This document shows positions 1 to 6,490 of a stretch of 24,000 bases of DNA, piece after piece. Positions within the stretch are counted from its first letter, which is position 1; every line of letters starts with the position of its first letter. The stretch is taken from the NCBI GenBank assembly GCA_964235765.1, contig CAXSDH010000023.1:14306-38305 (forward strand). Direction: 5' to 3'. The notes beneath the pieces were generated by a model that saw nothing but the letters and a program-made list of their open reading frames with translations, had not been told where the DNA came from and did not search any database. This DNA is from an uncultured Acetobacteraceae bacterium. Its GTDB lineage: Bacteria > Pseudomonadota > Alphaproteobacteria > Acetobacterales > Acetobacteraceae. The position numbers and the translations under genes are program-made.

Positions 1-895
1 TGTTCAGGCCGATTTCCTCCACCACCCGCGTCTCCTTTCCGACCACTGCCTCTTCCGAGGTGGCCCGAGCTTCGATCGTGCGCGAACGGAAGGCTTCCGC
101 AGCGGCGCCGGTCAGCGGCCGGTTGATCGGACGACGCTCGACCGTCACCCGCTCCTCATGCAGGCGGACCTGCTCCTCGACCGGCGTCTCCACCACGTGA
201 GACGTCACGCGGACTCCGCCGCCCTCGACCTCGCGCTTGCCCACGACCAGGTTCTCCTTAACGACTTGGATCTTGTCGTTGAGGCTGTCCGTCGCCACCG
301 GCTGCGGCGTCGCAGGCTTCGGCGCCATAGGCTGGGTCGCCCTGGTAGTCGTGGCCTCGGTCCTGGCCGCCATCGGGGCCGCCATCGGGGCCGCAACCGC
401 AGCACCGGTGTCCATGCTACCCGCTGGCATCTCGCCGTGCTCGAGGATGTATTCTACCTGCGAGGCCATGGTGTCGCTGGCACGCACCGACACCATCGTG
501 CCGCCGCGGCCGACATGCTCGGCATAGGTGCGGGCGTCGCCCTCATCCATGCCGGCGCCGGTCAATGATCCGAGCAGGCCGCCCGCTGCCGCACCAATTC
601 CTGCGCCGGTCAGGGTCGCAATCAGCCAGCCGGCCGCAACCACCGGCCCAACGCCCGGGATGGCAAGTGCGCCGAGCCCGGCCAGCAGGCCAGCGCCGCC
701 GCCCAGCACGGTGCCGAGCGTGGCGCCGGTGCCGGCGCCCGTCGTCGTGTCGCCGGCCACGCTCGTCGCCACGGTGCGCTCTTTGTCGCCCGACACCAAG
801 GTAATGTCGTCGTGCGGCACGCCGGCACGCTCGAGGGTCTGTACCGTGCGTACGGCCTGGTCGTAGGTATCGTAACTATGGGTAATCAATCGCAT
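1..895 (-). CDS. General-stress-type membrane protein: YflT-like N-terminal domain, glycine-zipper hydrophobic segment and YsnF/AvaK (DUF2382)-like C-terminal repeats. The C-terminus is cut by the window edge.
   Basis: Absent from the ORF track because it runs off the left edge. Manual reverse-complement translation from the ATG (complement of 893-895) is open all the way to position 1. It reads MRLITHSYDTYDQAVRTVQTLERAGVPHDDITLVSGD, then a Gly/Ala zipper (GAGLLAGLGALAIPGVGPVVAAGWLIATLTGAGIGAAAGGLLGSL), then GMDEGDARTYAEHVGRGGTMVSVRA, then IQVVKENLVVGKREVEGGGVRVTSHVVETPVEEQVRLHEERVTVERRP, which is typical of YsnF/DUF2382. A GGAAG element lies 8 nt upstream of the ATG. Confidence 0.75.
   Translation of the reverse strand, partial: MRLITHSYDTYDQAVRTVQTLERAGVPHDDITLVSGDKERTVATSVAGDTTTGAGTGATLGTVLGGGAGLLAGLGALAIPGVGPVVAAGWLIATLTGAGIGAAAGGLLGSLTGAGMDEGDARTYAEHVGRGGTMVSVRASDTMASQVEYILEHGEMPAGSMDTGAAVAAPMAAPMAARTEATTTRATQPMAPKPATPQPVATDSLNDKIQVVKENLVVGKREVEGGGVRVTSHVVETPVEEQVRLHEERVTVERRPINRPLTGAAAEAFRSRTIEARATSEEAVVGKETRVVEEIGLN
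369..392 (-). repeat. Perfect 12-bp tandem duplication (gccatcggggcc x2), in frame inside the YsnF-like gene, encoding APMA-APMA
   Basis: Read directly: 369-380 and 381-392 are identical. Confidence 0.9.
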
Positions 896-945
896 GGCTG
901 GTTCTTCCGTTTCGAGAGGTTGTCGCGTTCAGGAGGCTTGGGGCG

Positions 946-1416
946 TCAGGATTGCGACATGCCGATATTGCCCTTGTAGTCGAGCCAGACGCCGGTTTTC
1001 GCGCCATTCTTGGTCGCCGTGCCGCGCCACACGCCGTCGTTGTCCTTCTTGAGGTCGGTCACGGCGGCGTAACCGCCCCGCTCGATGCGGCGGCGTGCCT
1101 CGCCCATGGTGAACGAATTGCGCCCATGCGCGGGCTGCGGCGCGTTGGCGTCGGTGGTCGCGACGGCCTGGTTGCGGTCACCCGAGGCCGCGGCCGTCCC
1201 GGTGTTGCGGTCGACCACGCCGCCGGGCGTGGTGCCGGCGCGGGTGTTGGTGCTGCTGCTGTTCGTGCCAGCGCCCGGGGTCATGGGAGCCGTGGGCGCC
1301 GTCGTGGTCATTGCGGGCGGGGTCGGGCGGGTCGGCGTCGCCGGGGTGGTGGTGGTCTGCGCCGACGCGGCGGCAGCGATCAGGCTGCTGGCCAGAACGA
1401 TGGTGAAAGTCTTCAT
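946..1416 (-). CDS. Secreted Thr/Pro-rich protein with a C-terminal PepSY-like domain
   Basis: 156-aa ORF. It has a Sec-type signal peptide (MKTFTIVLASSLIAAAASA-Q) and a low-complexity T/P/A region. The C-terminus, FTMGEARRRIERGGYAAVTDLKKDNDGVWRGTATKNGAKTGVWLDYKGNI, matches the PepSY pattern as I recall it. It lies 50 bp upstream of the YsnF-like gene on the same strand. Confidence 0.65.
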   Translation of the reverse strand: MKTFTIVLASSLIAAAASAQTTTTPATPTRPTPPAMTTTAPTAPMTPGAGTNSSSTNTRAGTTPGGVVDRNTGTAAASGDRNQAVATTDANAPQPAHGRNSFTMGEARRRIERGGYAAVTDLKKDNDGVWRGTATKNGAKTGVWLDYKGNIGMSQS

Positions 1417-1494
1417 GAGGAACGAACTCCTGCTTGGGTCTAGGTAAGCCAGTTCCAGGCCGCCGGGGCATTGCCCTGGACTGTCATACCCTAA

Positions 1495-1519
1495 GACGCA
1501 GCAAGCGCGATTTCGTTCC
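1495..1519 (-). promoter_or_regulatory. Candidate EcfG/SigT-type general-stress promoter (GGAAC-N16-CGTC)
   Basis: The minus strand reads GGAAC GAAATCGCGCTTGCTG CGTC. The alphaproteobacterial EcfG consensus is GGAAC-N16/17-CGTT, so there is one mismatch in the -10 element. It sits about 80-100 nt upstream of the PepSY-like start, and the downstream genes are stress-type. Confidence 0.3.
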
Positions 1520-1694
1520 CGAAAAGTTAGCTCGGCATGGCTGCTACGCTAATCAGCATGGACCCTGACCGATGCACTTCCGCGATCCAGCCCGGCGCGA
1601 TCAGCGTGGCGCGCGGGCGCGGCAGCGGCGCAGCCCCGCGCGGTCCGGCCCGTCACCCACTCCGCTGCTGCGTCTCCCGCGTGCAAGCACGCGC

Positions 1695-2483
1695 TCAGGA
1701 CGCGAAGTGCGGGTAGCCGGAACGCCGGCCCTCCACCTCCACCCGCCGCATCATCGCCGGCCACTCCAGCACACCGAACGGCCGCCGCACGCTGGGCTTG
1801 TACAAGTGAACGGTCCGCTCCAGCACGTCATCCGGCGGCATCAGCAGCTCCGTGCGCGCCGCCATGGCATCCACCTGGGCCCGGCACGCCATCTCGAGCT
1901 GGTAGAGGGTGTTGAACGCCTGCGCGATATCGGGGCCGCAGGTCAGCAGCCCGTGCGAGCGCATGATCATGGCGTCGTGCGCGCCCAGGTTCTCGACCAG
2001 GCGCAGCCGCTCGTCGAGATTGACCGCCGGGCCCTCGTAATCGTGATAGCCGATTCGCCCGTGGAAGCGGATCGAGGTCTGGTTCAAGGGCAGCAGCCCA
2101 CACGCCATTGACGACACCGCCATGCCGGCGCGCGTATGCGTATGCGTCACGCAGCCGACATCCGCACGGGCCTTATGGATGGCGCCGTGAATGACATAGC
2201 CGGCGTGGTTGATGCCGTAATCCGTGTCCGGCTTCCACAGTACCGTCCCCTCCACGTCGATCTTGGCGAGGCTGGAGGCCGTGATCTCCCTGTAGAGCAG
2301 CCCATGCAGGTTGATCAGCAGGTGCTCCGTCCCGGGAATGCGGACGGTGATGTGGTTATAGATCAGGTCCGTCATGCCATACAGGTCGACCAGCCGGTAG
2401 CACGCCGCAAGCTCGACCCGGGCCTGCCATTCCTCCGGGCTGACCTCGTCCTTGATGCACCTGAATCCGGTGTCGTACTTCAT
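1695..2483 (-). CDS. Class II aldolase/adducin family protein
   Basis: ORF 1695..2558 trimmed to the internal ATG at 2483 (MKYDTGFRCIKDEVSPEEW), which is preceded by GGGAACAGGGA. Family-typical stretches: ACYRLVDLYGMTDLIYNHITVRIPG, and the metal-ligand region HGAIHKARADVGCVTHTHTRAG. Confidence 0.85.
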   Translation of the reverse strand: MKYDTGFRCIKDEVSPEEWQARVELAACYRLVDLYGMTDLIYNHITVRIPGTEHLLINLHGLLYREITASSLAKIDVEGTVLWKPDTDYGINHAGYVIHGAIHKARADVGCVTHTHTRAGMAVSSMACGLLPLNQTSIRFHGRIGYHDYEGPAVNLDERLRLVENLGAHDAMIMRSHGLLTCGPDIAQAFNTLYQLEMACRAQVDAMAARTELLMPPDDVLERTVHLYKPSVRRPFGVLEWPAMMRRVEVEGRRSGYPHFAS

Positions 2484-2545
2484 GTCCCTGTTCCCCGGCT
2501 GCCGGCGAACAGCGTCCGCCGTTCCGCCAGGGACGGCAACCGCCC

Positions 2546-5500
2546 TCAGCGGTTCCACTGGATCAGCAGGTAGTCGATCGCGTCTGGCGTGTCCTTCAGC
2601 AGGGTATCTTGCGTGATGCTGAAATGCGCGTCGGCGGTGGCCTGGGTGAGGCCGGTGAAGGTCATGGAGCCGAGGATGCCGGTGCCTTCGCCGTTCAGTT
2701 CGGAGTGGATGGTCAGGCCGGTGTAGCCGGCGGCGCCGTCCGATGCGGTGAAGGGCAGGGTGCTGAGGCCGGGGTGGAAGCCGAAGATGGTGGCGGCGTC
2801 GCCCTGGTGGAAGTTGACGATGGTGCTCCAGGTCTCGACCGCGCCGCGGCCGTCGACGAAGAAGGTGTCGGTGCCGCCATCGCCGCCGTCGCCGCCGATG
2901 AGGAAGTTGGAGCCGCCGCCGCCGTCGAGCACGTTTTGGCCGCCCTTGGCGAACAGCGCGTCCGCGCCGGCCCCGCCGTGCAGGAACGCGTTCGGCACGG
3001 CGGCGGCGATGGCCACGGAATCCGTGCTGTTCCAGAGGTATTCCTGTTGCAGGTAGGTCACCGGGCCGGTGTAGGCCGTCCCCTGGGCATAGCCGACGCT
3101 GTTGGTGATGACGTCGGTGTAGGAGAACTTGGGCGGGTTGCCGGCCGCGGTGTCGGCCTGCGCGCCGACGATGGCGGCGAGGTTGGCGCCGGTGTAGGTG
3201 CCGGCCACGCTGCGGCTGTCGCCGGTGGCGGCCGCGGCGGCGAGCGCCGGCGCGGCGCGGCCCTCGACGACGGTATCGACGGCGGCCACGTCGGCCAGCA
3301 GCCCGGCCGGCGAAGCGCCGTCGGCGCCGAGCTTGGCGGTGAGCAGGTCGCGGCTCGCGCTGGCCAGCGCGGCGGTGTCCGTCGCGACCTGGCCGGTGAG
3401 GCCGTACGACTGCATGGCGGCCGGGCTGGTGGGGTCGAAGGCCTGGAACGGCTGGGCGGCGATGCCGGTGGCAATCCTGATGAACAGGTCGCCGGGGGCG
3501 CCGGCCGCCTGGGCAAGCGCCATGGTCTCGAACAGCACGGCATTGGCGATGAGCGCCTGGTTGGCGGTGCCGTTGACGTTCAGCACGCCGGAGACGGGGT
3601 CGAGCATGCCAAGCTCGGTGTCGCCGGGCAGGCCGAGCGCTGCGTTCACCATGGCGGTCGCCTGGCCGATGGTGGCCCCGGTGGTGGTGAGCAGCGTCTG
3701 CACCAGGGTGGTCAGCGCGTTGATGGCCGGCGCGCCGGCGGCGGCCGTGAGGCGGCCGGTGAACGGCAGGTTGGTGGAGGTGTCGGTGCCGCCGATCAGC
3801 ACCAGCGGGCCTGTCGCGGTGCTGCCGAGGATGTAGCGGCCCTGGGCGTCGGTGGTGGCGCTCACCTCGCCGGTGGTGAGCAGGCCGTCCCCGTTGGCGT
3901 CGGCGAATATGGTGGCGCCCTGGATGTAGCCATGGGTGGCGTGGCCCATCAGGCTGGAGCGGCCGAGGCTTTCGCCGGGGAAGGTGAAGGTCTGGGCGCG
4001 GACGTCGGACGGCGTGCCGGACTTGTGCTCGCTGGCGATCAGCAGGGCGCCGTTGGCGAGCTGGGTCGCGGCCGGGTGGTAGATGCTGGTGCCGGCGGCC
4101 GGCGTCTCGCCCTCGAACTCGTCGCCGGAAAGGCTGCCATCGGGGTTGAACACCTGGGCGCGGACATTGCGGTTGACGATGGTCTTGCCGCTGAAGCCGC
4201 CAAGCCCACCCGACTCCCAGGCAATGACGAACCGCCCGTCCGCCAGCGCCGTCAGGCTGGGCGCCGCCGGCGTCCCCGGCGTGAAGCCCACCGAGTAGTC
4301 CTCGGTCAGGGCCGTGCCGGTCGCGTCGAACACGCGGGCGCGCACCACCGCGAACGGCTGGTCGGCGGTCACCAGGCTCTCATCCACCCAGGCGATGGCG
4401 ACGCTGCCGTCCAGCAGCACGGTCACCGAAGCCTTGTCCTGCGTCCCGGCCGTGCCCGTGTTGACGGTGACGGCCCGGCCGGCCGAGCCGTCGGCCGCGT
4501 AGAACTGGGCAAAGATGTCCGGGGTGCTGCCGCTCACCAGCCCGGCCCGCGCGGCGAAGGCGACGACGAAGCCGCCATCGTGCAGCCCGGCCGCCGCCGG
4601 GTCGGCCGCGTCGTAGCTGGCCAAGGGCGCGGGCACGTCGAAATTGCCGCCGACCAGGGCGTTGTCGGCGCCGATCCGCTGGCCGGTCAGCTTCCGGGGG
4701 CCGTTCAGGCTGTCGTTCGTGCGCCAGAACGCGACCAGGCCGCCGCTGCCGAGCGAGGCCACGACCGGCTGGTCCTGCGGGCCGACCCGGGCCGCGTTGA
4801 GGAACACCGCGTCGCCATCGGGCGCGCCGAACTGGTCGAAGAACCGCCCGCGAATGTCGGTGGAGCGCGTGAAGTTGCCGTTGCGGTCCGTCTCGTTGTG
4901 CCGGTCGGTCCAGGCGACGAAGAACCGCCCGCCCGAAAGGCCTGTGACGGTGGGCGAGGTCTGGTCGAAGCCATCGACGAGGCTGATGGGGATGACCGGT
5001 CCGGACTTCGTGCCGTCGGCGTTCAGCAACTGCCCCCGGATCTCGAACCGGCCGCCAGCGTCCGGACTGTCGTCGACCCAGGCCACGACCGACTTGCCGG
5101 TGGCCAGCCCGGCAATGACGGGCGTGATGCGCTGCATGGTGTCGGTGGCGCCGGGGCTCATGAGCGCCTCGGTTCCCGCGGCGGCGCTGACCAGGACCTC
5201 GGGTCCGGCAGCCGCGGCGATCTGCGGCGGAGCCGGCGGCGGCGGCGGCACGGCCTGGAACTGCCGGGTGGCGAACCCCCCGCCGTCCTGGCTGATGAGG
5301 GACGAACCCTGCCGCAGGTTGAAGTCGGCGCCCTGCTTGGCGAGGGCGGCCAGGTCCGCCTGGCCGAACACGAGGTTGCCGCCCCCGCTCGCCACCAGCC
5401 CCCCGCCATCCTGGCTGATCAGGCCGCCGCCATCCTGGCTGATCAAGCCGCCGCCATCCTGGCTGATGAGCTTGGAGCCATCGGCCAGCCGGAAGCCGCC

Positions 5501-6238
5501 GCCGTCCTGGCTGATCAGCCCGCCGCCATCCTGGGAGATCAGGCCGGGCTTGTTGACGATGGCGTAGGCAAGGCTCGCGACGGCGCTGGCCGACCCCGCG
5601 CTGAGCAGGTTCGAGTACATCGTCCCGTTCAGCAGCGCGAGCGCCCCATCGGGACGCAACAGCGAACTGTCGTTCAGCTTCACCCCGGTCGGCAGCAGCT
5701 TGTACTGCCCGGCCGGCACCTGAATTTTTATGCTGTGCACGACCAGGGCGGACGGCGCTTTCGTGTCGCCGGCGTCGGCCGAGGCAAGCAGCAGCTTGTA
5801 GTCGCCAGTCGTGTTGATGTTGAAGCTGTAGCCCGCGTGATGGGTCCGGTGCCCGTTGCCGATCCACTCGTTCACATCCCCCAGCAGCAAGGGCGTGATG
5901 AAGCCGGCCGAATTGGCGAGCAGGGCGAAGGCGAAGTCGTTATGGGCGCGGTCGCCCGGAAGGTAGTCGTAGTCCAACACCAGCTTCTCGCCCGCAACCA
6001 GGTGGATCGGGGCGAATTGCGCGGTGGTCATCGTCTGCGGGGCGTAACCCTCGATCGCCTTGATGATGCCGTTGGTATAGGCGTCGTTGGCGAAGGCGGA
6101 ATAGCCGAACCCGGTCGCAGGCTTCAGCCCGGATACGATGCGCAGCCCGTCCGACCCGGTGCTCACCTGCGCCGCATTCGCCGCGACGGCCGAGGTCTGT
6201 CCACGAGTGAGATCCAGCGAGAAGTCCAGGTTGGGCAT
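2546..6238 (-). CDS. Giant (about 1230 aa) cysteine-free mosaic repeat exoprotein with a C-terminal RTX (hemolysin-type Ca-binding) block; probable type I secretion substrate or adhesin
   Basis: ORF 2546..6328. I prefer the start at 6238 (MPNLDFSLDL) because GGAG lies 6 nt upstream, and because the 30 codons above it hold the only two Cys residues in the ORF. No N-terminal signal peptide is visible. There are four in-register nonapeptides (LHGGAGADA LFAKGGQNV LDGGGGSNF LIGGDGGDG) about 105 aa from the C-terminus. Confidence 0.85.
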   Translation of the reverse strand: MPNLDFSLDLTRGQTSAVAANAAQVSTGSDGLRIVSGLKPATGFGYSAFANDAYTNGIIKAIEGYAPQTMTTAQFAPIHLVAGEKLVLDYDYLPGDRAHNDFAFALLANSAGFITPLLLGDVNEWIGNGHRTHHAGYSFNINTTGDYKLLLASADAGDTKAPSALVVHSIKIQVPAGQYKLLPTGVKLNDSSLLRPDGALALLNGTMYSNLLSAGSASAVASLAYAIVNKPGLISQDGGGLISQDGGGFRLADGSKLISQDGGGLISQDGGGLISQDGGGLVASGGGNLVFGQADLAALAKQGADFNLRQGSSLISQDGGGFATRQFQAVPPPPPAPPQIAAAAGPEVLVSAAAGTEALMSPGATDTMQRITPVIAGLATGKSVVAWVDDSPDAGGRFEIRGQLLNADGTKSGPVIPISLVDGFDQTSPTVTGLSGGRFFVAWTDRHNETDRNGNFTRSTDIRGRFFDQFGAPDGDAVFLNAARVGPQDQPVVASLGSGGLVAFWRTNDSLNGPRKLTGQRIGADNALVGGNFDVPAPLASYDAADPAAAGLHDGGFVVAFAARAGLVSGSTPDIFAQFYAADGSAGRAVTVNTGTAGTQDKASVTVLLDGSVAIAWVDESLVTADQPFAVVRARVFDATGTALTEDYSVGFTPGTPAAPSLTALADGRFVIAWESGGLGGFSGKTIVNRNVRAQVFNPDGSLSGDEFEGETPAAGTSIYHPAATQLANGALLIASEHKSGTPSDVRAQTFTFPGESLGRSSLMGHATHGYIQGATIFADANGDGLLTTGEVSATTDAQGRYILGSTATGPLVLIGGTDTSTNLPFTGRLTAAAGAPAINALTTLVQTLLTTTGATIGQATAMVNAALGLPGDTELGMLDPVSGVLNVNGTANQALIANAVLFETMALAQAAGAPGDLFIRIATGIAAQPFQAFDPTSPAAMQSYGLTGQVATDTAALASASRDLLTAKLGADGASPAGLLADVAAVDTVVEGRAAPALAAAAATGDSRSVAGTYTGANLAAIVGAQADTAAGNPPKFSYTDVITNSVGYAQGTAYTGPVTYLQQEYLWNSTDSVAIAAAVPNAFLHGGAGADALFAKGGQNVLDGGGGSNFLIGGDGGDGGTDTFFVDGRGAVETWSTIVNFHQGDAATIFGFHPGLSTLPFTASDGAAGYTGLTIHSELNGEGTGILGSMTFTGLTQATADAHFSITQDTLLKDTPDAIDYLLIQWNR
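2864..2980 (-). other. RTX nonapeptide block (4 GGxGxD-type repeats) inside the giant gene
   Basis: Period-9 pattern L-x-G-G-x-G-x-[DN]-x read in the translation, followed by GTDTFFVDG and a Cys-free tail ending IDYLLIQWNR. Confidence 0.8.
3974..5116 (-). repeat. Seven protein-level repeats of about 56-62 residues (beta-propeller-like) inside the giant gene
   Basis: A recurrent pair of anchors. The first is VVAW / FVAW / LVAFW / FVVAF / VAIAW / FVIAW / LLIAS. It is followed 16-22 residues later by IRGQLLNADG / IRGRFFDQFG / LTGQRIGADN / IFAQFYAADG / VRARVFDATG / VRAQVFNPDG / VRAQTFTF. Confidence 0.7.
5276..5542 (-). repeat. 24-bp (8-codon) tandem repeat array encoding LISQDGGG
   Basis: Six perfect LISQDGGG units plus degenerate in-register units (FRLADGSK, LVASGGGN, LVFGQADL). 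At the DNA level the units are near-identical (gccgccgccatcctggctgatcag on the + strand), and the few differences I checked are synonymous. Confidence 0.95.
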
Positions 6239-6326
6239 CGATCGCTCCAGCAAGGCGCCCTGTCCGCATTCGTTGCAGGATGAGCTGTGTTTCAATTCAC
6301 GCCCAGGTAGCACCTTCCTCTCGCGC

Positions 6327-6364
6327 AACGAACTTTAAATTCACAAAAAAATGCTAATTTCGAT
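6327..6364. promoter_or_regulatory. AT-rich core of the divergent intergenic region between the giant gene and the leuC-like operon
   Basis: aacgaactttaaattcacaaaaaaatgctaatttcgat is the most AT-rich stretch I noticed in the window. It lies between two divergent starts (6238 minus, 6491 plus). No confident -35/-10 pair could be assigned. Confidence 0.35.
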
Positions 6365-6490
6365 GCGCCAGAAGCAACCGCCGGGCTTCCCCGGGCCACG
6401 CAGGATTGTCCGCGCCCCCCTGCGGTTTGCCAAGCTGACGCGCCAGCCGCATGATGGCGAGCATTTCCCTACGAAAACCGGGGACCACCC

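Noticed and set aside
528-866. A Pro/Ala-rich 112-aa + strand ORF, with overlapping small ORFs at 158-568 and 237-527
   Set aside because: They are antisense to the hand-translated YsnF-like gene, which has recognisable domain signatures. Their own translations are low-complexity.
1678-1693. Palindrome cgcgtgc-aa-gcacgcg immediately after the aldolase stop, considered as an intrinsic terminator
   Set aside because: The effective stem is only 5-6 bp and no U-tract follows on the transcribed (minus) strand, so there is not enough evidence to call a terminator.
5276-5542. Regularly spaced near-identical 24-bp repeats considered as a possible CRISPR array
   Set aside because: The units are directly tandem with no unique spacers, the period is too short, they lie in frame inside a long CDS, and no cas genes are present.
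2609-6283. A 1224-aa + strand ORF spanning almost the whole giant gene in antisense
   Set aside because: Its translation is Gly/Arg/Ala/Val-rich low-complexity with no recognisable motif. The minus-strand frame has coherent domains, repeats and an RBS. Long stop-free antisense frames are expected at this GC content.
6239-6328. A 30-codon N-terminal extension of the giant ORF (MRERKVLPGRELKHSSSCNECGQGALLERS)
   Set aside because: There is no RBS at 6328, which falls in the AT-rich promoter-like core. GGAG is correctly spaced before ATG 6238. The extension also contains the only Cys residues of an otherwise Cys-free protein.
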